In this document: in pieces, positions 42,083 through 50,250 of the stretch
Layout of the letters: every line of letters begins with the position of its first letter
Numbering within the stretch: position 1 is the first letter of the stretch
Assembly: GCA_003142255.1 (NCBI GenBank)
Contig: PLLO01000019.1
Coordinates: 16,971-80,970, forward strand
Origin: Bacteroidales bacterium
Lineage (GTDB): Bacteria > Bacteroidota > Bacteroidia > Bacteroidales > VadinHA17
Length of the DNA: 64,000 bases
Reading direction: 5' to 3'
The notes under the pieces: model-generated
The model's input: only the letters and a program-made list of their open reading frames with translations
Databases searched by the model: none
Told to the model about the DNA's origin: nothing
Position numbers and translations under genes: made by a program

Positions 42083-42961
42083 TTGATCATGAAACTGTTA
42101 GGCGCTTTTCTCTTTATTATAAATGTTTTACTTATCGGTGTATTACCGGTCCCGTTTTTATACGGATTATCGAACCTATTCCGGTTCATTGTATATCGGA
42201 TTATTGGTTACCGGAGGGATATGGTCAGAAAAAACCTTGAAAGCTCATTTCCTGGCATCACGGATGCAGAGTTAATGCGTCTTACACATCTATATTACAA
42301 AAATATGGCTGATATTCTAACAGAAGGAATATGGGCATTTACTATTTCACGGAAACAGTTACTAAAGCGTTATCAGATAATTAACCCTGAAGTATTTGAG
42401 CCGTTCTCCGTTTCAGGACAAAGCATTATAGGGGTAACGGGTCATTATGCAAATTGGGAATGGGGAAGTCAGCTGGCCAGCCTCCGGACTGATTTTAATG
42501 TTATCGCATTCTATAAACCAATGAATAATAAATATATTGATAAATTTGTTCGCCGGAGCCGCTCCCGGTTTGGAACAACCCTTGCATCTATACATGAGAC
42601 CTCATTAACCTTTGAAAAATACAAGGATATCAAAACTCTTTTTCTGATGGCTGCCGACCAGGGAATGCCAAAAGTATCCAGCACAAGAGCTTTCTGGATT
42701 CAGTTTCTAAACCACGATACTCCCTTCCTGCATGGGCTGGAAAAACATGCCCGTATAAATAACCTCCCGGTAATTTACATTAATGTTCAACGGGTCAGGC
42801 GTGGCTACTACACCGTAGAGCTATCAGTACTTACAACAAAACCACTTGAACTTAAAGAGGGAGCTCTTACTGAAATGTACGCCAGAAAGCTGGAGTCGGT
42901 TATCCGTAAACAGCCAGAGAACTGGCTTTGGTCGCATAACAGGTTTAAGTTAACCCGCTAG
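42083..42961 (+). CDS. LpxL/HtrB-family lipid A (lauroyl/late) acyltransferase / lysophospholipid acyltransferase
   Basis: 292 aa with an N-terminal TM. It carries GHYANWEW (the HxxxxE/D motif region of PF03279-type enzymes) and ends ...PENWLWSHNRFK. An ATG at 42089 is possible. Confidence 0.7.
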   Translation: MIMKLLGAFLFIINVLLIGVLPVPFLYGLSNLFRFIVYRIIGYRRDMVRKNLESSFPGITDAELMRLTHLYYKNMADILTEGIWAFTISRKQLLKRYQIINPEVFEPFSVSGQSIIGVTGHYANWEWGSQLASLRTDFNVIAFYKPMNNKYIDKFVRRSRSRFGTTLASIHETSLTFEKYKDIKTLFLMAADQGMPKVSSTRAFWIQFLNHDTPFLHGLEKHARINNLPVIYINVQRVRRGYYTVELSVLTTKPLELKEGALTEMYARKLESVIRKQPENWLWSHNRFKLTR

Positions 42962-44740
42962 GTACATTTTATCTATATCATCCTTAAATTGCTCGATCAG
43001 CATGTTTCTCCGTACTTTGAGGGTATTGGTCAGCATTCCATTCTGTATGCTGAAAGACTCAGGTAACAGCTTAAACCTGACAACTCTTTCATAAGGTGCA
43101 AATTCTTCCTGGATCTTGTTAACCCTTCCATTATAGAATTCAATAATCTCTTTGCTGACTACTAATTCAGAATTGTCCATTGTTTGTAAACCTAATCTTC
43201 CTTTACTTTTAAGTGTCTCAAATGATGGCACAATAAGTGCTGTAATAAATTTTCTATTATCGCCAATGGCAATTATCTGTTCAATGAACGGATCCTGTCC
43301 AAATGCCAGTTCAATCTTTTTGGGGGATACATACTTTCCTGATGAAGTTTTCATTAAATCCTTTATCCTGTCTGTCATCACCAGGTCGCCGTTTGAAGTA
43401 ATGTAACCCTGGTCTCCGCTGTGATACCACCCGTCGATAAGGGTTTTTCCTGTCTCTTCAGACTTTTTATAGTAGCTTTTGAAAACAGTCCCGCCTTTGA
43501 TCAGAATCTCTCCCTCTTCGCTTATTTTAACTTCAATACCAGGCATTATGGTTCCACAGGTATCAAAATCGTACCTGTCTGATTTAAAGCACGAAACGGT
43601 AGCCGATGTTTCCGTTGCCCCGTAACCATAATTAATAAATATTCCGGCAGCATGGAAGAATCTGACAAGGGATGGACTGATTGCAGCACCTGCGCACGGC
43701 ATAAACCTTATTTTCCCGCCAAAGATATTCCTCAATTTTCTTAGCACGAGTATGTCGGCAACACCATGTCTTAAACTTAAGCCCAGTGGAGGCTTTTGAG
43801 CTTTGCTCAGGTATTCAGAGTACTTAAGACCTATTTTAATGGACCAATTGAAGATTTTTTTCTTTAATGATGGCCATTTAGACATTTCTGATTGTATCCC
43901 CTCACAGGTTTTCTCGAAAAACCTCGGCACAGTACACATCAAGTTGGGTTTAACTATGGGAAGCTGATCTATTATTTCGCGAGGATTATCAATAAAAGCG
44001 TTTGTTGCTCCGCGATAAAGAATATAGTAAGTCCAGGTACGTTCAAAGACATGACTCAGGGGCAAAAAACAGGCTGATATGTCGGTATCACTAACCTCAA
44101 GTCTCTCGTCGTGTATTTTAAATGTGTAAAGAAATGTAGCATGGGTAAGCATCACCCCTTTTGATTCGCCGGTTGTTCCTGAAGTATAAATAATAGTAAC
44201 GAGATCATCGGGTTGAATCTCCTGTATTCTTTGCTTCATTTCCATTTCAAACCTGTTCTCTGAATCAAGGCTGACAAACTTCCGCCAACCAATGCAACAA
44301 TCATTGTCCGGAGCAATGCCAGAATCAAAAACGACTATCTTTTTTAGAGTTTCTGTATTATTTAGTAACCAGAGGGCTTTTTCATACTGCTCCCGATTCC
44401 CTACAAAGATTAATCTCATTTGGGTTTCATCAGCAATATACTTAAGCTGCTGCTTCGAAGATGTTGCATAAAACGGTACCACCACACTTCTAATACCTAT
44501 GATTCCAATATCGGAGATTACCCATTCCGGTCGATTATCGCTGAAAATCCCGATATTATCTGAAGGGCGTATCCCTAAAGAGATCAGTGCTCTTGAGACC
44601 TTTTGGGATTCGCCTGCAAAACTCTCCCAGCTTATACTTTCATAAATTTTGCTTCCGGCCTTTTTAAATCTGAACACTTCCCTTGAATTGTAGCGTGAAG
44701 CACGCTCCAGAATCATGTTTACAATATTTTCCTTCATCAA
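42950..44740 (-). CDS. Long-chain fatty acid-CoA ligase (AMP-binding, FadD-like)
   Basis: 596 aa. IIYTSGTTGESKGVMLTH (AMP-binding motif I), YGATET and GWYHSGDQG are present. Its 3' end overlaps the convergent acyltransferase gene by 12 nt. Confidence 0.85.
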   Translation of the reverse strand: MMKENIVNMILERASRYNSREVFRFKKAGSKIYESISWESFAGESQKVSRALISLGIRPSDNIGIFSDNRPEWVISDIGIIGIRSVVVPFYATSSKQQLKYIADETQMRLIFVGNREQYEKALWLLNNTETLKKIVVFDSGIAPDNDCCIGWRKFVSLDSENRFEMEMKQRIQEIQPDDLVTIIYTSGTTGESKGVMLTHATFLYTFKIHDERLEVSDTDISACFLPLSHVFERTWTYYILYRGATNAFIDNPREIIDQLPIVKPNLMCTVPRFFEKTCEGIQSEMSKWPSLKKKIFNWSIKIGLKYSEYLSKAQKPPLGLSLRHGVADILVLRKLRNIFGGKIRFMPCAGAAISPSLVRFFHAAGIFINYGYGATETSATVSCFKSDRYDFDTCGTIMPGIEVKISEEGEILIKGGTVFKSYYKKSEETGKTLIDGWYHSGDQGYITSNGDLVMTDRIKDLMKTSSGKYVSPKKIELAFGQDPFIEQIIAIGDNRKFITALIVPSFETLKSKGRLGLQTMDNSELVVSKEIIEFYNGRVNKIQEEFAPYERVVRFKLLPESFSIQNGMLTNTLKVRRNMLIEQFKDDIDKMYLAG

Positions 44741-45040
44741 TAATTAATAAAATTATGATTGCCCTTTCTTTGAAATATATTAAGAAACCGATTAGTAAAG
44801 CGATGAATTACAATTACATAAAAATGATCATAACTATATTTACAATAAAATTGAAAACCATTATGACCAATATGCATGAACTAAAGTACGAATAAAATTC
44901 CGGCCTGCGAGCCGATCTTCACAAAACTGGCCTCAGGAAGTAATTTTAATTAATTGTTGAGCATCTCTTCAATTTCTATTGTCCATATAAATAGAAAAGA
45001 TTAATATTGTTAAAGCTTTTAGAATATTATTGCAGCATTT

Positions 45041-46174
45041 ATGAGAAATTTTTTCAGGAATTTAAAAATTGTAGAGATTGTCTATTTCCTGGCTGCAATA
45101 ATTATTCCTCTTCAACGCTATTTTCATCATCATTACAACAATTTTACGATATTCCAGCACTCTTGTTTCCATTTTTTTGGCAGGACTAATCTTTATATCG
45201 AATACCCTAAGGAATATTATGATCTTTTTCTGTACAATCCAACTTTTGCACTTTTGTTTGTGCCTTTTGCATACCTTCCAATAATAGTCGGCATTTATGC
45301 CTGGGTGGCTTTTGTAATGGCAGTCTATTACTTTTCTGTAAGGCTTTTGCCATTCAACAGTAAAGAAAAGCTATTTATTTATGGATTTACATTTATTGAA
45401 CTGGTAACTTCTCTTGAAAACGTTCAGACCAATCCCCTGATAGCATCTTTTATACTTTTCACTTTTATCTTTCTCGAAAAAGAAAAAAATTTCAAAGCAT
45501 CTGTATTCCCTAACCTCGGGTTTTTTGTAAAAGGTTACGGAGCAATATCAGGCATATTGTTTTTCTTAAAAAAACCAAAATTCAGAAATTTCCTTTATCT
45601 GCTATTCTGGTTTGTCATTTTGCTTTGCCTGCCTCTTGTTTATTACTCTCCTGCCGGTCTAATCGATCTCTACAGAGAATGGAAAGTCTCCCTGTTCTCA
45701 GACCTTAAGATTAATAACGGCGTATCCATAATGGGAATGCTTATAAGCATTTTCAAATTAAATGTCCCGGTAATATGGTTTCAGATAGCCGGATTGCTTT
45801 TCTTCATTTCAACAGTAATTGTCATTTTCTTCAGGAAGAACTATGAACAGGTTAAGGCAATCTTTCTGTCATACATACTGATATGGGTTATCATCTTCAA
45901 TCATGATTCAGAGTCGGCCACGTACATCATTGCAGTTACCGGCGTTGCAATATGGTACGTCAATTCATCAAAGTCATTAACTGATAAAATTCTGCTGGCT
46001 TTGACATTTATTTTTACAGTGTTGTCTCCTACTGACATATTCCCTGATTTCCTTTTCAAAAAATTAGTATACCCATTTGCTTTAAAAGCGCTGGGACCAT
46101 CGCTTATCTGGATGAAGATTCAAATTTCCCTTTATTTTCCTGAAAATAAAGTTCTGAAGGATGTCCAGAGATAA
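45041..46174 (+). CDS. Polytopic membrane protein, GT-C-fold glycosyltransferase-like (DUF2029/GT87-like)
   Basis: 377 aa with about 10 TM segments. The first extracytoplasmic loop with EYYDLFLYNPTFALLFVPFAYLP resembles the GT87/DUF2029 signature. This assignment rests on pattern recall only. Confidence 0.5.
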   Translation: MRNFFRNLKIVEIVYFLAAIIIPLQRYFHHHYNNFTIFQHSCFHFFGRTNLYIEYPKEYYDLFLYNPTFALLFVPFAYLPIIVGIYAWVAFVMAVYYFSVRLLPFNSKEKLFIYGFTFIELVTSLENVQTNPLIASFILFTFIFLEKEKNFKASVFPNLGFFVKGYGAISGILFFLKKPKFRNFLYLLFWFVILLCLPLVYYSPAGLIDLYREWKVSLFSDLKINNGVSIMGMLISIFKLNVPVIWFQIAGLLFFISTVIVIFFRKNYEQVKAIFLSYILIWVIIFNHDSESATYIIAVTGVAIWYVNSSKSLTDKILLALTFIFTVLSPTDIFPDFLFKKLVYPFALKALGPSLIWMKIQISLYFPENKVLKDVQR

Positions 46175-46889
46175 ATTAAATATTATTATTCCATTATATA
46201 ATCCTCAAGCCGGATGGGAAAACATTTTTGTTGATTCCCTTCTTGAAATGGAAAAGGAGCTGAAAGAAACTGACTACACCGTAATTCTGGTAAATGATGG
46301 TTCCCCCGGGAAGATTAGCAATTTGGAAGAGATCATTGACCGGTTTAAAGGTTTAGAATATTTTTCATATCCCGTCAACATGGGTAAAGGATATGCAATC
46401 CGTTACGGGATCAGCAAATCAGATGCTGATTTCTATATTTATACAGATATCGACTTCCCTTTTGGTTGCCGGATAATTCTTCAGACTTACGAATTACTGA
46501 AATCATCAAAAACAGATATTGTAATTGGCACCAGGGATATTTCTTATTTTAGAATGCTCCCGATTGAAAGGAGAATAATTTCATTCCTTCTGAAAAAAAT
46601 AAATTACCTCATTACGGGATTTAAAATAAAAGACACACAGGCTGGATTGAAGGGACTTGATAATGAAGCTAGAAAAGTATTAGAAAGTACAAGAACCAAC
46701 AGCTTTATATTCGAGCTTGAATTCCTCAAAAAAAGTATAAAGCAAGGGCTTTCATATAAGACTATTAATATCAGCTGCAGACCTGGAATAATTTTCACTA
46801 ATATCAGCTTCCGGATAATATGGAAAGAGCTAATCAGTTTTCTTAAAATATTATTTAAAATTGAAAAAGAAGATACTGTTAACCTTTGA
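46161..46889 (+). CDS. GT2 glycosyltransferase, polyprenyl-phosphate sugar synthase-like (DPM1/ArnC/GtrB type)
   Basis: 242 aa. It carries IIIPLYN, ILVNDGSPG, YTDIDFPF (DxD) and QAGLKG. It overlaps the upstream gene by 14 nt. Confidence 0.75.
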   Translation: MSRDKLNIIIPLYNPQAGWENIFVDSLLEMEKELKETDYTVILVNDGSPGKISNLEEIIDRFKGLEYFSYPVNMGKGYAIRYGISKSDADFYIYTDIDFPFGCRIILQTYELLKSSKTDIVIGTRDISYFRMLPIERRIISFLLKKINYLITGFKIKDTQAGLKGLDNEARKVLESTRTNSFIFELEFLKKSIKQGLSYKTINISCRPGIIFTNISFRIIWKELISFLKILFKIEKEDTVNL

Positions 46890-47646
46890 CCTGGAGGAGT
46901 TTGATCTTCCACTTGAATTCGGATATCCGATTTCAGATCAGGATCAGATAAACGTTACCACTAATGGTTTGAAAAGGCTGACCGGATTACTGGCAAAATT
47001 TAATATACCTGCAACATTTTTCACAACAACCTTTTATGCAGAAAAGAATCAAGAACTGATAAAGAGTCTTTCATTAAACCACGAAATAGCATCGCATTCA
47101 AATCAGCATTCAGGTTTTAAGCAAACTGATCTTTCAGACTCAAAATTTAAAATTGAGGGAATAACCGGGAAACAGGTTTATGGTTTCCGCATGCCACGTT
47201 TCCAAAAGATTGACATGGCTATGATTAAAGCAGCAGGATATCGTTACGATTCATCAGTAAATCCCACCTTTATACCAGGAAGGTACAACAATCTTTTCAC
47301 CAGGAGGAAGATGTATCTGGATACCGACAGTAATCTGGTTGAAATTCCTGTTTCGGTAAGTCCGGTTATCCGTTTCCCGCTCTTCTGGCTAAGCTTTAAA
47401 AACATTAGTTTGCCAATTTATCTGCACATGTGCAAAATGGCGATATGGAATGATTCTTATCTCCATTTATGTTTTCATCCGTGGGAATTCGATGATCTGG
47501 ATTCCTTTGATATTCCATGGTATATAAAGAACATTTCAGGGAAATTATATTTTGAAAGATTCGAAAAGATGGTTGAACAGTTACTGGAAATAGCTGATTT
47601 CTCAACAATATCCGACTTCCTTGATTCTATGCCTTCCAGTTGCTGA
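46861..47646 (+). CDS. Polysaccharide deacetylase (CE4) family protein
   Basis: 261 aa. LLTFDLEEFD corresponds to CE4 motif 1 and EIASHSNQH to motif 2 (HSxxH). The TTG start overlaps the GT2 gene by 29 nt. Confidence 0.7.
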   Translation: MKKKILLTFDLEEFDLPLEFGYPISDQDQINVTTNGLKRLTGLLAKFNIPATFFTTTFYAEKNQELIKSLSLNHEIASHSNQHSGFKQTDLSDSKFKIEGITGKQVYGFRMPRFQKIDMAMIKAAGYRYDSSVNPTFIPGRYNNLFTRRKMYLDTDSNLVEIPVSVSPVIRFPLFWLSFKNISLPIYLHMCKMAIWNDSYLHLCFHPWEFDDLDSFDIPWYIKNISGKLYFERFEKMVEQLLEIADFSTISDFLDSMPSSC

Positions 47647-47652
47647 TTAATA

Positions 47653-47687
47653 AAAAGCCCTGTAATCCGAAAGATCACAGGGCTTTT
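47653..47687. terminator. Bidirectional terminator hairpin between convergent genes
   Basis: AAAAGCCCTGTAATC-CGAAA-GATCACAGGGCTTTT forms a 15-bp stem with one mismatch, flanked by A-runs and T-runs on both sides. Confidence 0.75.
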
Positions 47688-47707
47688 AAACAGTCATATA
47701 CTGTTCT

Positions 47708-48043
47708 TTACTTTTTCTCTGGTGTTACAGGTTTTGCAGGTGCAGCAACCGGTTTTGCAGCAGTAACATGTTTTGCAGCAGGTTTTGCAGCAGGTTTTGC
47801 AGCAGGTTTCGTTACCTTACCTTTTGCAGTGCTTTTTACTACTGGTTTTGCAGCAGGTTTAACTGTTTGTGCAGCAGGTTTTGCAGCAGGAGCAGCAGCA
47901 GGAGCTGTAGCTGGTGTCTGAACCTGTGTTGTCTTGGCTTTAGCCGGTACCGGAGCTTTAGTCTGTGTCGGAGTAGCTGTCTGAGCTGTAAGAGCTGCGC
48001 TTACCGTAAGGGCTATAGCAGCAAATAACATTTTCCTTTTCAT
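47708..48043 (-). CDS. Secreted lysine/alanine/proline-rich low-complexity protein (PAAK/KPAA repeats)
   Basis: 111 aa with signal peptide MKRKMLFAAIALTVSAALTAQ. The mature part has about 17 Lys, 1 Glu, no Asp and no aromatics, with KPAAKPAAKPAAK repeats. It lies 64 nt downstream of the histidine kinase on the same strand. Confidence 0.65.
   Translation of the reverse strand: MKRKMLFAAIALTVSAALTAQTATPTQTKAPVPAKAKTTQVQTPATAPAAAPAAKPAAQTVKPAAKPVVKSTAKGKVTKPAAKPAAKPAAKHVTAAKPVAAPAKPVTPEKK
47776..47811. repeat. 12-nt tandem repeat CAGCAGGTTTTG x3 (in-frame, encodes KPAA units), with dispersed further copies across ~47728-47895
   Basis: Read directly from the sequence. Confidence 0.85.
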
Positions 48044-48107
48044 CTTTGTATTTTTTTGAATAATTAATAATTTAACGGTTAAAGATATTCCTGCGAAGAT
48101 GAAGTTT

Positions 48108-49457
48108 TTATGAAGATCCAGGAAAAAGAAAAGAAAAAGTTGAGCCCAGGTTAATTTTTGACTCGACTGTGATATTTATATTATGAAAATCTGCTATTGT
48201 CTTTGTGATGGCAAGCCCGATTCCGACGTGGTCTTCATCCACATTAGACTTTGAATTGAATCTGGAGAATAATTTTTTGAGTTGCTCCTCGCTGATTCCG
48301 ATACCTGAATCTGCAACCAAAATGCTAAACCTGTTTTGATTAAAACTGCTTATTACAGTTACTTTACCGCCCGAACGAGTGTTCCTTACTGCATTATTAA
48401 CGACATTATAGAACATAGAGAACATGAGGGACCTGTTTGCCCGTGTCATCTGAAAATCGGCTGTCGGGTTATAAATTAACGAGATCCCTGCTTCGGTGGC
48501 TATGGGTGATAATTCATCTATTATTTCTAAAATAAGATCTCCTACAGCAAAGGATTCATTCTTCAGGTATTGCCTGTTTTCGATCCTGGCGATCAGCAGA
48601 TGTGAATTAACAAGTGTTTTCAGCCGGTGCAATGTTTTAAGCGATTCTTCGATCTTTGCCGATATATCATTGTCAAGGTTTTCCTGAAGAAGGATGTTCT
48701 CCAACTTGCTTCTGAGAACCGAGACCGGGGTCAATAGGTCGTGCGAAATGTTTACAGTGGCATCTCTTTCCTTCCTGAAGAGATCATCTATCCTGTTCAT
48801 AAGGTCAATCAGCGTCTGGTCAAGCTGGTTGAAGTCGAATGTAGTTGTTTTAACAGGAACTTTATCAAAAACATCTGGGGCTGAGGTACCCTTTAGTTTC
48901 TTTATTATAAGGTCAAGTGGATGGAGAACCCTGTAAACGTAGTTAAGATCAGCAAAAAGGGTGATAAGTATTATTAAAGCTAGAAGGCCCCATGTAAGCC
49001 TGAAAATATTCTTTCTGGTGTGCATTATGCTTTCAAGGCTTTTACCAATCTCAAGAAGATAAGTCTGCCCGTCAAAATCAAAAGAGTAACTGAGTACCCT
49101 GAAACTGATTGTTTCTCCCTCAATCAGCCGTTGAGTGACTTCGATGGAATCAATGTCTTCTTCAAGATCAATTCTCTCCAGGCTAATAAATTCATCCTTA
49201 AGAATATTGTAACTGCCGAATGTACTTTCTGATTCAGAATTAATGAATTGCTCAATTCCGATTTCATTGATCATCGATATTACCTGTTCCTTTTTCCTTA
49301 TCAGCTCCTTGTCGGTCTGAGAACTATTGATCCTTTCAATTATATATGGCATGACTGCAATAAAAACAGCAGCGAATACCATCTTTGAGAACAGGTTAAA
49401 GAGAGTGAGTTTTGTCCTTAGTTTGATCATACCATGAATATATTTATCACGGGTCAA
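48108..49457 (-). CDS. Sensor histidine kinase (2 TM, HAMP, HisKA, HATPase_c)
   Basis: 449 aa. The H-box is NISHDLLTPVSVL, with N/G boxes (NNAVRNT, DSGIGI, GIGLAI). It overlaps the response regulator gene by 11 nt. Confidence 0.85.
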   Translation of the reverse strand: MTRDKYIHGMIKLRTKLTLFNLFSKMVFAAVFIAVMPYIIERINSSQTDKELIRKKEQVISMINEIGIEQFINSESESTFGSYNILKDEFISLERIDLEEDIDSIEVTQRLIEGETISFRVLSYSFDFDGQTYLLEIGKSLESIMHTRKNIFRLTWGLLALIILITLFADLNYVYRVLHPLDLIIKKLKGTSAPDVFDKVPVKTTTFDFNQLDQTLIDLMNRIDDLFRKERDATVNISHDLLTPVSVLRSKLENILLQENLDNDISAKIEESLKTLHRLKTLVNSHLLIARIENRQYLKNESFAVGDLILEIIDELSPIATEAGISLIYNPTADFQMTRANRSLMFSMFYNVVNNAVRNTRSGGKVTVISSFNQNRFSILVADSGIGISEEQLKKLFSRFNSKSNVDEDHVGIGLAITKTIADFHNINITVESKINLGSTFSFLFPGSS

Positions 49458-50127
49458 TGGTCACCCTGTAACCAATGCCTCTTACGGTTTCAAGCCAGGG
49501 TGTCGGGGAATGGAGGTTTAGTTTTTTCCTGACATTTTTAATGTGAACATCAATAAAATTGCTGTCATACTGATCATCAAGGAGGTTGCCCCAGATATGT
49601 TCATAAAGCTGCTGCCGGGTAAGAACTTTATTCTTGTTCAGAATCAGATATTGAAGCAGATCATATTCCTTTCTGGTCAATTCAACCTCTGTACCGGCGC
49701 AGACCACCCTGCGTGATGAACTTTCAATAGTAAAATTGCCAATATGAACAACCGGGGCGCTAATTGCAAATTTTCTTCGGGCGACAGCATTTATCCTGGA
49801 TTGCAATTCTATCAGAGCAAATGGTTTTGCAAGGTAATCATCTGCTCCAAGGTTAAGTCCTTTTACCTTATCTTCTACATTGCCCCTTGCAGTGATGATA
49901 ATGAAAGCTGCCTCAGATTCAAGATCCCTGGCTTCCTTTAAAAGGTCGAGTCCGTTATAATCAGGAAGACCGAGATCGAGCAGTACGAAGTCGTAAAGAT
50001 TCACTGCAATCTTTTCTGATGCTTCCATTCCGGTAAAAGCCATCTCGCAAAGGAAACCCTGATTTCTAAGAAAAGCATCTATTTCTATTGCCAGGCTCTT
50101 TTCATCTTCAACGATCAGTACATTCAT
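49447..50127 (-). CDS. OmpR/PhoB-family response regulator
   Basis: 226 aa. The receiver domain reads MNVLIVEDE...DFVLLDLGLPDYNG...KPF, and the winged-helix output domain reads LTRKEYDLLQYL...VRGIGYR. Confidence 0.9.
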   Translation of the reverse strand: MNVLIVEDEKSLAIEIDAFLRNQGFLCEMAFTGMEASEKIAVNLYDFVLLDLGLPDYNGLDLLKEARDLESEAAFIIITARGNVEDKVKGLNLGADDYLAKPFALIELQSRINAVARRKFAISAPVVHIGNFTIESSSRRVVCAGTEVELTRKEYDLLQYLILNKNKVLTRQQLYEHIWGNLLDDQYDSNFIDVHIKNVRKKLNLHSPTPWLETVRGIGYRVTIDP

Positions 50128-50250
50128 TATATGCTCTTTACATCAAAAACTGAAACTATGTAAAATCTATTACACGGCAGATTTGAATTCACTGCCCGGT
50201 TTCCCTATGCCAAAATAGATACCCAATATGAAGAACTTATGAACAACCTG

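Noticed and set aside
47640-48028. Two plus-strand ORFs (GFAAGFAAGF... and CSRFCSRF... repeats) opposite the PAAK-repeat gene
   Set aside because: They are frame shadows of the 12-nt repeat. Only the minus-strand reading has a proper start context, a convincing signal peptide and a position inside a transcription unit that ends at the hairpin terminator.
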